Below are positions 1 through 12,977 of a DNA stretch of 64,000 nucleotides, piece after piece. Position 1 is the stretch's first letter, and each line of letters begins with the position of its first letter. This DNA comes from Burkholderiales bacterium. Its GTDB lineage: Bacteria; Pseudomonadota; Gammaproteobacteria; Burkholderiales; JABEVD01. The translations under genes were made by a program, and so were the position numbers. Where the stretch lies: NCBI GenBank assembly GCA_019753155.1, contig JAIELG010000016.1:113280-177279 (forward strand). Direction: 5' to 3'. Under the pieces are notes generated by a model that was not told the DNA's origin, made no database searches, and saw only the letters and a program-made list of their open reading frames with translations.

Positions 1-1475
1 GTTGCGTCGCAAAATTGCGCGGAAAAATGAGATTCTTCAGGCAGAAGCGGCGCATATGAGGCGATTTTTGCATCGAGTACGGCAAGGTCGGCTTCGGAGG
101 CATCGATGGCCAGTTTCGAACGCTCCAGGATCCGCTGTTTCAACGTGGGGTAGTCCGCCTGAAGCGATGCAATGGCAAAAGGTATGGTCATGTCGCGCGC
201 GAGTGCCCTGAACTGGTCCCGCTTTTCATGCTCCAGAAAGGCCGCATCCACGATGACTGGAAAACCAGCCGCGAGCAATTCCCGGGCAAGTGCGAGCAGG
301 CGGGAATAGGCTCTTGTCGATGCTTCGGACGAATACATCCCGGCATCGATATCGGAGTGGCTGCGCGCCTGCGGTATTAATTTTGCAAGGCGCTTTCTTT
401 CCACGTCGGAACGGATCCTGATGGCCTGGAATCGCTCCAGGGCGGATTGCGAGAACGTGGTTTTTCCGCATCCCGGCAGGCCGTGGGTGATGATCAGGAA
501 CGGTTTTCTCGTCGAGAGGATGTCGCTTGCGAGTGCGAGATGACTGCGGCATGATCGATGCTCCGTCCTCATGGCATCGACCATGGCGCGCACGATGGCA
601 CGACAGGAAAGATAGAAACGGAACACCCGCATGCCCATGTAATCGCCTGTTTGTTCCAGGTAGGCATTGAGGAGGCGAAAGGCGAAATCCGGGCGACCGT
701 GGTGCATGAGATCCATGACGGGAAAGGCCATTTCGTTCATCACGTCTATCCAGCGCAATTTCGGATCGAATTCCAGGCAATCGAACGGGACAGGGATGCC
801 CTTGACCAGCGCGATGTTGCCCAGATGGAGGTCGCCATGGCATTCGCGCACGAATCCCTCTTTCAGTCTGGTTTCGAAAATTTCAGCGCAGGATGCATAT
901 TCGTTTTCGAGCTTTTCCTCCAGAACGGAAATGTCGTCATCGAGGTGAATGCGCAATTCATTGAAAGTGATGCGTACCACATCCAGAATGTCGGCGCCGA
1001 ACCCGGAAGTTGCACTGGAAGGGGGGAGGGTATCGTGGAATCTGGCGATTTTGACGGCAAGCGCATCGAGGTGGTCGGGCAAAATTTCGCCTCTTCCGGC
1101 CAGGAGATCCAGCCTGTTTTTCGATGCGAATCGCCTCATCCTGACGGCATACTCGATCGCGGGGGCGCCGCCCAGCACCGGATTTTCCGGGATGCCTCCT
1201 ATGGGCACGACATCGAGGTAAAGCATGGGGGCAAGACGCTTGTTGAGCCTGATTTCTTCTCCACAGTAGAAACGGCGCGATTCAATCGACGTGAAGTCGA
1301 GAAAACCGGGATGCACCGCTTTCTTGATCTTGTATGCGTAACGCCCAGCCAGCAAAACCCATGAAATGTGGGTTTCCAGAAGCTTCACGGATTTCGTGGT
1401 GTGGGGGTATCGTCCTGGGTCCAGAAGCGCTGTTACGATCGTCCTTTGCTCGGCGAACGCCGCGCCGACAAACAT
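1..1475 (-). CDS. Bifunctional aminoglycoside-phosphotransferase-like kinase / AAA_33 P-loop protein (3' end runs off window)
   Basis: Manual minus-strand translation from ATG 1475 gives MFVGAAFAEQ...ETHISWVLLAGRYAYKIKKAVHPGFLDFT...EEIRLNKRLAP and later ITHGLPGCGKTT...RIRSDVERKRL (Walker A). Absent from the ORF track, apparently because it runs off the window. Confidence 0.85.
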   Translation of the reverse strand, partial: MFVGAAFAEQRTIVTALLDPGRYPHTTKSVKLLETHISWVLLAGRYAYKIKKAVHPGFLDFTSIESRRFYCGEEIRLNKRLAPMLYLDVVPIGGIPENPVLGGAPAIEYAVRMRRFASKNRLDLLAGRGEILPDHLDALAVKIARFHDTLPPSSATSGFGADILDVVRITFNELRIHLDDDISVLEEKLENEYASCAEIFETRLKEGFVRECHGDLHLGNIALVKGIPVPFDCLEFDPKLRWIDVMNEMAFPVMDLMHHGRPDFAFRLLNAYLEQTGDYMGMRVFRFYLSCRAIVRAMVDAMRTEHRSCRSHLALASDILSTRKPFLIITHGLPGCGKTTFSQSALERFQAIRIRSDVERKRLAKLIPQARSHSDIDAGMYSSEASTRAYSRLLALARELLAAGFPVIVDAAFLEHEKRDQFRALARDMTIPFAIASLQADYPTLKQRILERSKLAIDASEADLAVLDAKIASYAPLLPEESHFSAQFCDA

Positions 1476-1639
1476 TATCCGGCGTGGCTGGAATCGGGCT
1501 GAATGATTTCAGCAGGTATGTTCCGCAACGCTTCCGAGATCAATTCGTCGATCGGTTTTTTTGCGGGAATTTCCTGCTCGATGACATGCTTGACAAATTT
1601 GTACCATTCATCGTTCCGGTCGTCGATCACTTGGCCCAT
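1475..1639 (-). CDS. 54-aa small hypothetical protein
   Basis: MGQVIDDRNDEWYKFVKHVIEQEIPAKKPIDELISEALRNIPAEIIQPDSSHAG; AAGGA RBS upstream; its TAA overlaps the next ATG (TAATG). Confidence 0.7.
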   Translation of the reverse strand: MGQVIDDRNDEWYKFVKHVIEQEIPAKKPIDELISEALRNIPAEIIQPDSSHAG

Positions 1640-1734
1640 GACTTATCCTTTCGTTTGCGGTTGGCTCATCAGGCTTGCTTTGGAATGCAAGGTTCCGCAG
1701 ATTGTTAGAGGCTTCTTGTCGACACGTAAATACA

Positions 1735-1762
1735 AGTATAGATGGTATTTTCGAAATTTCAA
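1735..1762 (-). promoter_or_regulatory. Putative sigma70 promoter for the small ORF / kinase pair
   Basis: TTGAAA-N16-TATACT on the minus strand. Confidence 0.5.
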
Positions 1763-1779
1763 TATCGGTTTGGGGGATC

Positions 1780-2643
1780 TCAGGGCGCTAACGCTTCGAT
1801 CAGGTCGGATACCGCATGCGCGGTTGCGAAGCCTTGGTCGAGATAAGGGTTGTACTCCACGATCTCTATTGCCAGGAGTTCCCTGTTGTTTCTGAGTTGC
1901 ACGAGCGCTGACGCGAGTTCGTCCTTCAATAATCCGCCGGGAACAGGCGTACCCACGCCGGCTTCCTCGGTCGGGTCGAGCGCATCGAGGTCGATGCTGA
2001 TGCCGAAACCGGAGGTTTCCTTCCGGATGATGGCGAGCGCCTCGATCAATATTTCCCTGATGCCGCGCTGTCTGATTTCCTCCATGAAATAGACACGTAC
2101 CCCAAGCTGCTTCAGGAGCCGTGCTTCGCCTTCCTCGAAGCTCCTGACGCCGATCAGGCAGACGTTTTGCGGCAACAGCTTCGGGGCAGGGGAGGCGATA
2201 TGCGTGAGGCGTTCGGCTCCGTATCCGAGCAGGCAGGCGAGCGGCATGCCATGGATCGCTCGCGACGGGCTGGTCTCGAAGGTATGGCTGTCCATGTGGG
2301 CGTCGATCCAGAGAAGTCCGAGCGGTCCCCCCATTGCGTTCCTGACGCCTGACCAGGTGCCGATTGCGCAGGAGTGGTCTCCGCCTACCACGATGGGAAA
2401 ATTCCCCTGCGACACGGCTTTCCCGGTTTTTTCGGCAAGCAGGGTGCACATTTCCGATACCGAGGAAAGGGGATCCGCATGATTTTCCTTCAGATGGATG
2501 ATGCCATCCCACCTGTAGGCGATACCGGATGCTTCCAGTTGCGCCAGGAAATCGAAGGCACGCAGCACTTCCGGCCCATCCTGGCAGGCGTGATCCTGCG
2601 CGCCGTAACCGCCTGCTGCGCCGATGACGATGATGTGATGCAT
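1780..2643 (-). CDS. rocF: Arginase (ureohydrolase family)
   Basis: GGDHS, DAHMD, HGMP, SIDLDALDP, GTPVPGG and EYNP motifs; start trimmed to MHHIIVIG. Confidence 0.85.
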   Translation of the reverse strand: MHHIIVIGAAGGYGAQDHACQDGPEVLRAFDFLAQLEASGIAYRWDGIIHLKENHADPLSSVSEMCTLLAEKTGKAVSQGNFPIVVGGDHSCAIGTWSGVRNAMGGPLGLLWIDAHMDSHTFETSPSRAIHGMPLACLLGYGAERLTHIASPAPKLLPQNVCLIGVRSFEEGEARLLKQLGVRVYFMEEIRQRGIREILIEALAIIRKETSGFGISIDLDALDPTEEAGVGTPVPGGLLKDELASALVQLRNNRELLAIEIVEYNPYLDQGFATAHAVSDLIEALAP

Positions 2644-2648
2644 TGCGT

Positions 2649-3239
2649 TCAGGGGGGGCATTTCGTGCGCAGTTTTTTTCCCACGGATATCAGGAACCTC
2701 AAGCTTTCCTGGTTTTCCGGATCCTTCATGAGCGTCCACAATCCTCCAATCCCGCCGCAGGAAGGCGCTGCCTTGACGCTTTCGGCAGCGGCTTCCTCGA
2801 CGCATTGCAGCATGTTTTCGAGCATGCCGAGCCGATCCACGAGTTGCGGCAGGATCGCGGCCGTCCTCTCCAGAGCGCCGGATGCATCCAGCCGTTCCAG
2901 CATTTCGACGAGGCGCAGCGCGCCCCCCCTGCTGAAGCGGTCCAGAAGCGAAAGCCCTTCGCCCAATGTTTCCGAGAGCCTCCCCACCATTTCGTCGGTC
3001 AGGGCATCCTGTGCCGAGCCATAGACTCGGGCGAGATGCACGAGGCGATCGAGGTCGCCGTTGTTCACCATCTCCGCGATAACGGGAATGGCTTTTCCAA
3101 GCCCGGCGCGATCGATCTGGTCGATGAGGGTGAGTCCGCCTCCCACGGCGCCGGTCAATCTGCCCACCATTTCGTCGGTCAATGCATCTCTGGCGGCTTC
3201 GACCACACTTTCGACTTCGTTCATGTCAGTTGTGTTCAT
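2649..3239 (-). CDS. DUF1641 (helical membrane plug-in type) protein
   Basis: C-terminal GGIGGLWTLMKDPENQESLRFLISVGKKL; all-helical character; directly downstream of an SQR-like gene. Confidence 0.75.
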   Translation of the reverse strand: MNTTDMNEVESVVEAARDALTDEMVGRLTGAVGGGLTLIDQIDRAGLGKAIPVIAEMVNNGDLDRLVHLARVYGSAQDALTDEMVGRLSETLGEGLSLLDRFSRGGALRLVEMLERLDASGALERTAAILPQLVDRLGMLENMLQCVEEAAAESVKAAPSCGGIGGLWTLMKDPENQESLRFLISVGKKLRTKCPP

Positions 3240-3248
3240 GGTTTTTCC

Positions 3249-4382
3249 TCACAGAAGTCCGCGAGCGGAAACCCAGTAAAGCTTGTTATAGGCCATCTTG
3301 AACCAGTGAACCGCCTTGGTGGGTGCCTTGGGGTCCGGCGGGGTCTGGTAGTTGAACATGGCGTAAGTGGCGCGATCCTTGCCGGCCTCGATGAAACAGA
3401 ATACCTTTCCGTCGTAATCCCGCACCGGGGTGCCGATTTTCACCATCGCGGCGATGTTTTCCCCCAGGGTGTCGGCTTCGAAGTGAGCCGTGGAGCCTGC
3501 CTTGCTGATGGGGATGTTGGTGGTGTCGCCCAGCACGAATACATTGGAATGGCCTTCCATGTTGAGCTGCTGACGGTGGGTTGGAATCCATCCGTTCTGC
3601 CCGAGTCCGTTTTTCTCAATGACTTCCATGCCTTTGTGCGCGGGAATCGCGATCAGGAGATCATAAGGGGTTTGCGTGCCTTCTTCGCTCCTGAGTATTT
3701 TGTTCTCTCCGTCGACTTCCTTCATGTTGAAGAACGTCTCGTAAGTGATGCCTAGCCTGTCGAATTCAGGCGTTGCCCACTTGGCGACGTTTTCCAGGCT
3801 GTGAGTACGGCCGATCGGGTAAGTGTAATGGAGCTTCACCTTGTCGAGAATGCCGCGATCCTTGAAATAGTCGTGCAGCATGAACGTGATTTCGAGCGGG
3901 GCCATGGGACATTTGTGGGGAACGCCTACAGCGATTACCACGCGACCCCCCTGGAATTCCCTGATGCGCTTGAACATTTTGAGCGCGGTTTCTTCCGTAT
4001 AAAAAGTCTCGCAATTTTCGGCAAGGCCGGGAATGGTTTCGGGCACCATGCGCGAACCTGTGGAGATGACCAAGATGTCGTAGGAATGGGTTTTTCCGCT
4101 TTGAGTCACCACTTCGTTTTTGTCGAGGTGAAATTCCGTCACCGGGTCGACATGGAATTCGATGCTCGGTTCGAGGAGGCTTGCCTGATCGCGGTAGAGT
4201 TCGTCAGGCGTGATTCTGCCCACGGCAAGGTAAAGCAGCCCAGGTTGATACATGTGACGTTCGGATGCGGAGAGCATGGTGATGCGCGCCTTTCCGCTCT
4301 TGAGTTCCCCGGTGAGCCTGCGCGCGAGGTTGTTCGCAAGGATGGTTCCTCCCATGCCGCCGCCAATGATCAGTATCCTCAT
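3249..4382 (-). CDS. Sulfide:quinone oxidoreductase-like flavoprotein (type III/SqrC-like)
   Basis: GGGMGG FAD motif, HKCPMAPLE, KAGSTAH, YDGKVFCF (two catalytic-type Cys); start at MRILIIGG after GGAGG. Confidence 0.8.
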   Translation of the reverse strand: MRILIIGGGMGGTILANNLARRLTGELKSGKARITMLSASERHMYQPGLLYLAVGRITPDELYRDQASLLEPSIEFHVDPVTEFHLDKNEVVTQSGKTHSYDILVISTGSRMVPETIPGLAENCETFYTEETALKMFKRIREFQGGRVVIAVGVPHKCPMAPLEITFMLHDYFKDRGILDKVKLHYTYPIGRTHSLENVAKWATPEFDRLGITYETFFNMKEVDGENKILRSEEGTQTPYDLLIAIPAHKGMEVIEKNGLGQNGWIPTHRQQLNMEGHSNVFVLGDTTNIPISKAGSTAHFEADTLGENIAAMVKIGTPVRDYDGKVFCFIEAGKDRATYAMFNYQTPPDPKAPTKAVHWFKMAYNKLYWVSARGLL

Positions 4383-4398
4383 TTCGTTTCCTCCTGGG

Positions 4399-4629
4399 TT
4401 ATTTTGCTTTCCGCACCGTGATATGCCATACGCCGCCTTCTTCCCTTGTGCCGAGTAGTTCATGCCCGACCTTCCTGATCCATTCCGGCACATCTGCCGC
4501 CGAACCCTTGTCGGTCGAGAGCACTTCGAGTTCGTCTCCCACGTTCGCCATTTTTATGCCTGCGATGAGTTCCATCAACGGTCCGGGACAGAAACTTCCG
4601 CGTGCGTCGATTACTTTCTTTTCAGCCAT
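4399..4629 (-). CDS. tusA: TusA family sulfur carrier
   Basis: DARGSFCPGP motif, 76 aa. Confidence 0.9.
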   Translation of the reverse strand: MAEKKVIDARGSFCPGPLMELIAGIKMANVGDELEVLSTDKGSAADVPEWIRKVGHELLGTREEGGVWHITVRKAK

Positions 4630-4640
4630 TTGCCTTCCCC

Positions 4641-5027
4641 TTAGAATGTCCAGACCTGACTGTTCCCGGCATCATCCAGGAACTTCGTCAGCCCTGTCGC
4701 TTCCCCGAGATAGCCTTCGAGATCGCCTTGTCCCACGTCCAGAACATCCATGGCCATGGAACAAGGATATAATCTGGCTTCTCCCAATTCAACCGCCTGT
4801 TCGAACAATGTCTTGAACTGCGGCACCTTTTTTTTCGACATCAATTCCCCCATTTCGCCTTCGGCAGGCGCTGTGACCTCGTTTCCCTTGACGAAATGCG
4901 GCAATGCGTTCATCGAGAGAAAAACGAGCGTCTCATGCCCGCTGACTGCTGCGACGGAAGCCACCATGGCGGCCATCTGCAGGCGCTCGATGCTTCCTGA
5001 TACGACAACCACGCAAATCTTGCTCAT
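4641..5027 (-). CDS. DsrE/DsrF/DrsH-like sulfur relay protein
   Basis: VFLSMNAL and YPCSMAMD motifs; adjacent to tusA; GGAG RBS before MSKIC. Confidence 0.8.
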   Translation of the reverse strand: MSKICVVVVSGSIERLQMAAMVASVAAVSGHETLVFLSMNALPHFVKGNEVTAPAEGEMGELMSKKKVPQFKTLFEQAVELGEARLYPCSMAMDVLDVGQGDLEGYLGEATGLTKFLDDAGNSQVWTF

Positions 5028-5209
5028 GAGCATTCTCCAAAAACGGATTCTTTACGGATCCTCCATTGTAGGACAAATCGGATGCCGAAATGATGGAACA
5101 GCGTTCACTCCTTAGCCATGCGTAAAGAGGCGGAGTCCCGCACAGCAGGAAGCCTATCTTCGAATGGGCGGGCGGGAAGCGTTGGTTCGATGCGTCGGTT
5201 CGATTGTGA

Positions 5210-9038
<3,829 letters not shown>

Positions 9039-9071
9039 GGAACCCCTGAACAAGTCGCACATGGGCCGCTA

Positions 9072-9365
9072 ATGCGTATCCTGCTCCTGATACTGCTCTG
9101 CCTGATCGCATTGGTGCAATACTCGCTGTGGCTGGGCAAGGGAGGGTGGCTTCAGGTCTGGGATCTGGACAGGCAGATCAAGGTTCAGCAGGAGACCAAC
9201 CACAAGATGCAGGCGCGCAACGCCGCGATCGATGCGGACGTGCGCGATCTCAAGCAGGGTTATGCCGCGATCGAGGAACGCGCCAGAAGCGAGCTCGGCA
9301 TGATCAAGGATGACGAGGTGTTTTTCCAGGTGATCCAGTCTTCCCCGTCCGCCAGCGGAAAATGA
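9072..9365 (+). CDS. ftsB: Cell division protein FtsB
   Basis: TM segment, LWLGKGG, IEERARSELGMIK; canonical position after eno. Confidence 0.95.
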   Translation: MRILLLILLCLIALVQYSLWLGKGGWLQVWDLDRQIKVQQETNHKMQARNAAIDADVRDLKQGYAAIEERARSELGMIKDDEVFFQVIQSSPSASGK

Positions 9366-9751
9366 TCGCCGTTGCCTTGAAACCCTCGATGCGGCTTGCC
9401 CTGCTGCTCGTGGCGGTTCATCTCGGGGCGATTCTTTTCATGCTGCAGGTTTCATATCTGCTTGCAGCGCTGCTTGCGTTCAGCATGGCTTATTCGGTGA
9501 TGCATTATGCGCTTCTGTCCCTCTCCGGCTCCATTGTTGCGTTGAGGATAGGGAAGAAGACCTGCACGGTTTTCACGAGGGGAGGCGACGAGTCGAACTG
9601 CACGCTCCAGGGAAGCACTTATGTGTCCCCCTGGTTGACTGTGTTGAACCTGAAGGGGGCGGGGCGTCTGGCGAAAACGGCCGTCATTCTTCCCGATGCC
9701 ATCGACGGCGAAGCATTCAGGCAATTGCGAGTCTGGCTGCGCTGGAAATGA
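9362..9751 (+). CDS. YgfX/CptA family membrane protein
   Basis: Two N-terminal TM helices and C-terminal ILPDAIDGEAFRQLRVWLRW. Confidence 0.7.
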   Translation: MIAVALKPSMRLALLLVAVHLGAILFMLQVSYLLAALLAFSMAYSVMHYALLSLSGSIVALRIGKKTCTVFTRGGDESNCTLQGSTYVSPWLTVLNLKGAGRLAKTAVILPDAIDGEAFRQLRVWLRWK

Positions 9752-9832
9752 ATCAGATCGTCTTCCAGCTTTCATCAGGCGAGCTCGCTTTTCCCGGCAA
9801 CGTGCTCCGCGCAGGATTAAATCGGCGCTTCC

Positions 9833-10180
9833 CTAATTGATCGTGATTCCACCTTCCACGTCTTCGGCCGCATCCAGCACGATGGAATGCAGGGTGACAT
9901 CGAACCATTTCCAGAACAGCTTGAGTGACCTGTCAGCGGGCCAGGTGCTTTCTTCTTCCGACCATTCCGCAAGTTCGGTCTCGAATATATTTCCGTAAAT
10001 GTGGTCGATTGCCGCGAGCGCATCCTCGATCTCGTCGAAATCCGGAATGAGGTAAACGGTGGAGTCCGTTCTCAACTGCTCCAGGGTGATATCGACTTCG
10101 GAGCCGGGAAGTCCCTGTATCCACTCCAGGAAAGGTTCTTTGGGTCTGACGATGGCGACGCTCCGATCGATTGCATACAT
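9833..10180 (-). CDS. Conserved acidic hypothetical protein
   Basis: MYAIDRSVAIVRPKEPFLEWI...WPADRSLKLFWKWFD; GGAG RBS. Confidence 0.75.
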   Translation of the reverse strand: MYAIDRSVAIVRPKEPFLEWIQGLPGSEVDITLEQLRTDSTVYLIPDFDEIEDALAAIDHIYGNIFETELAEWSEEESTWPADRSLKLFWKWFDVTLHSIVLDAAEDVEGGITIN

Positions 10181-10244
10181 GGCTTCTCCCCCGATGACTG
10201 GCCAGCTTATTGTATAACATTCATGATTACAGGAAAAAGAAACC

Positions 10245-11225
10245 TTATCCGCCTGTCGCAGACATGAAGCGCAGGATTTTTCGAGGCGATTCCCTGAATT
10301 CGTGGCGCTCGGGCTTGCGCGCAATGGCATCCAGCAATGCAGCTTCCAGGTCTTCGTCCGAGCCGCCTGAGCGCAGGAGCGGCCTCAATTCGAGCTTGTC
10401 CTCCTGTCCGAGGCAGAGGTAAAGGGTTCCGTCGACGCTGAGGCGAACCCTGTTGCAGGTTTCGCAGAAATGCTGGGAAATCGGCGTGATGAAGCCCATG
10501 CTGAAACTGCCGTCAGGGCTTTGCAGGTAGCGTGCAGGGCCGCCTCCCGGAAGCAGTGCCGGGATCAGCCCGTATGTGCGCATCAGGTCTTGCCTGATGC
10601 CCTGAAGATCGAAAAATCCCTGGCTTCTTGCCGTATCCCCCATGGGCATGACTTCGATCAGGCGCAGTATCAGTCCACGATTCATGCAGAACCTGACCAT
10701 TTTTCCGATTTCCCCGTCGTTGATGCCGGGGAGGACGACCATGTTGATTTTTATCATCTCGAATCCGGCATTCCTGGCCGCTTCGATGCCGGCGGAAATC
10801 TGCACGAATGCATCTCTCCCGGTCATTTTCTCGATGAGCTTTGCATCGAGAGCATCCAGGCTGATGTTGATGCGGTCGATTCCCGCAGCTTTCAGGTTTG
10901 CGGCTTGCTGCTCAAGTTGGGTTGCATTGGTGCTGAGCGAGAGATCCTCGATTGCCGGGATGGATGAGAGGCGCGCAGCGAGACCGGGCAGGTTTTTCCT
11001 CAACAGGGGCTCGCCCCCGGTCAGCCTGATCCTTTTCACGCCGAGCTTCACGAAGATCCTGGAAAGCCTTTCGATTTCGTCGAAACTCAGCCAGTTTTGC
11101 GGCTCTTCGTAGTCCGAATGGACTTTGGGCAGGCAATAGCTGCACCTCAGGTCGCAGCGGTCGGTGACCGAAAGCCTGAGATATTCGATCTTCCGCCCGA
11201 AGGGATCTGTCAATTGTTTGCCCAA
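10245..11225 (-). CDS. moaA: GTP 3',8-cyclase MoaA
   Basis: CDLRCSYC radical-SAM motif, CETCNRVR..C, terminal GG; start (TTG 11225) uncertain. Confidence 0.95.
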   Translation of the reverse strand: MGKQLTDPFGRKIEYLRLSVTDRCDLRCSYCLPKVHSDYEEPQNWLSFDEIERLSRIFVKLGVKRIRLTGGEPLLRKNLPGLAARLSSIPAIEDLSLSTNATQLEQQAANLKAAGIDRINISLDALDAKLIEKMTGRDAFVQISAGIEAARNAGFEMIKINMVVLPGINDGEIGKMVRFCMNRGLILRLIEVMPMGDTARSQGFFDLQGIRQDLMRTYGLIPALLPGGGPARYLQSPDGSFSMGFITPISQHFCETCNRVRLSVDGTLYLCLGQEDKLELRPLLRSGGSDEDLEAALLDAIARKPERHEFRESPRKILRFMSATGG

Positions 11226-11239
11226 GTCTTTTCTTTCCG

Positions 11240-11263
11240 CGTTATATTTGCAAAAATATAACA
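11240..11263. promoter_or_regulatory. ModE box between divergent moaA and mobB
   Basis: CGTTATATT-TGCAAA-AATATAACA resembles the ModE palindrome CGNTATATA-N6-TATATANCG; lies in a Moco cluster. Confidence 0.75.
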
Positions 11264-11291
11264 CTTATGATGCCGGAAAATAAAGTACGCG

Positions 11292-11789
11292 ATGAAAATA
11301 TTCGGATTTGCAGGATATTCTGGAAGCGGCAAGACGACGCTGATCGAAAAGCTGATTCCCATTTTCGCGAACGAAGGGTTCGAGGTTTCGCTCATCAAGC
11401 ATGCCCACCATTATTTCGATATCGATCAGCCCGGAAAGGATTCCTGGCGGCACAGAAAGGCAGGGGCGGGCGAAGTGCTCGTAGCCTCGGGCAGGCGATG
11501 GGCAGTGATACACGAACTTTCGGGAAAAGCCGAACCCTCCCTCGAAGATCACCTCAAACGCCTTTCTCCATGCGATTTCGTTTTCGTGGAAGGATACAGG
11601 CATGAGCACATACCCAAGCTCGAAATTCACCGCAAGGCTGCCATGAGTCCCTTGCTCTTTCCGGAAGATCCCCATATCGTTGGAATCGCCAGCGATGTTC
11701 TGCTCGAGACGGCGTTGCCCCAGATCGATCTGGACAGGGCCGATTTGATCGCAGCCTTTATAAAAAAATATTTTGGAATATATTCATGA
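11292..11789 (+). CDS. mobB: Molybdopterin-guanine dinucleotide biosynthesis protein B
   Basis: GYSGSGKTT, KHAHH, PGKDSWRH. Confidence 0.95.
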   Translation: MKIFGFAGYSGSGKTTLIEKLIPIFANEGFEVSLIKHAHHYFDIDQPGKDSWRHRKAGAGEVLVASGRRWAVIHELSGKAEPSLEDHLKRLSPCDFVFVEGYRHEHIPKLEIHRKAAMSPLLFPEDPHIVGIASDVLLETALPQIDLDRADLIAAFIKKYFGIYS

Positions 11790-12976
11790 CCGTCATATCA
11801 CCGCTTGAAGCGCTCGATCTCCTCATATCCAGGGCCAGTCCGGTTGCGCAGATCGAAAGAGCCGAAACCGAAAGCGCGCTCGGCAGGATACTGGCCGAAG
11901 AGCTTCTTTCTCCATGCGATGTCCCGCCATGCGACAACAGCGCGATGGATGGTTTCGCTATTTCCGTCGAGGGTTGCGGCGAAGAACCCTTGCCGATTTC
12001 CCAGCGCATTCCTGCCGGGATTCGTCCCCTGCCACTTGCCCCTGGAACCGCCGCACGAATCTTCACCGGTGCGCCTATCCCGCTTGGGGCGGATGCGGTC
12101 GTCATGCAGGAGGATTGCATCTTCGACGAAGAAAAAGTGAAAATAGGCCGAAAGCCCAAGCTCAGGAGCAATATCAGGAGGCGCGGAGAGGATATCGCAA
12201 AAGGGAGCGTATTTCTGCATGGCGGAATGAAGCTGCGCCCCCAGGAACTGGCATTGATTTCTTCCGTCGGGATTGCCAGCATTCGACTCTACAGGAAGCT
12301 TCGCGTTGCCATCTTTTTCACGGGGAATGAAATCGTCATGCCGGGAACCCCGCTCGGCCCCGGCCAGATTTACAATTCGAACCGCTTCAGCCTGATCGGA
12401 CTTCTGGACGCGCTCCATTGCGAAATCCACGATCTCGGCATCGTGCCCGATGATGTCGAATCGACTGTTTCCGCGCTCGAAGAGGCCTGCAGGAATGCGG
12501 ATCTCGTCCTGACATGCGGTGGCGTTTCGGTTGGGGAGGAAGATCATGTCAGAGTCGCCGTGGAGAAAATCGGCTGCATCGAAATGTGGGGCGTTGCGAT
12601 CAAGCCCGGAAAGCCATTTGCTTTCGGGGAGGTTTTCGGGATTCCTTTCATCGGCCTTCCGGGAAACCCGGTATCGGCATTCCAGATGTTCTGCCTGTTC
12701 GCGAGGCCATTCATCCTGCGTTCTCAGGGCGCGCTTAAATGGCAGCCGCAGGCTTTTATGGTGAAAGCCGATTTCGACTGGGAAGCCGGGAAAAGGGCCG
12801 AATGGTTGAGAGCGAAGCTCGACGGGGAATCCCGTGCCAGGATATATTCCAGCCAGGGTTCCGCTATGCTTACATCGCTTGTCTGGGCAGACGGGCTCGT
12901 GGAAGTCCCCCCCGGGGTCTGTGTCCAGAGGGGCGAGATGGTTCGTTTCACGCCATTTTCAGAATTGTTCATTTGA
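11786..12976 (+). CDS. moeA: Molybdopterin molybdotransferase
   Basis: NSAMDGFA, RIFTGAPIP, GGVSVGEED, LPGNPVS. Confidence 0.95.
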   Translation: MTVISPLEALDLLISRASPVAQIERAETESALGRILAEELLSPCDVPPCDNSAMDGFAISVEGCGEEPLPISQRIPAGIRPLPLAPGTAARIFTGAPIPLGADAVVMQEDCIFDEEKVKIGRKPKLRSNIRRRGEDIAKGSVFLHGGMKLRPQELALISSVGIASIRLYRKLRVAIFFTGNEIVMPGTPLGPGQIYNSNRFSLIGLLDALHCEIHDLGIVPDDVESTVSALEEACRNADLVLTCGGVSVGEEDHVRVAVEKIGCIEMWGVAIKPGKPFAFGEVFGIPFIGLPGNPVSAFQMFCLFARPFILRSQGALKWQPQAFMVKADFDWEAGKRAEWLRAKLDGESRARIYSSQGSAMLTSLVWADGLVEVPPGVCVQRGEMVRFTPFSELFI

Positions 12977-12977
12977 T

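Noticed and set aside
558-1364. 268-aa plus-strand ORF
   Set aside because: Antisense shadow of the APH-AAA gene; no motifs of its own.
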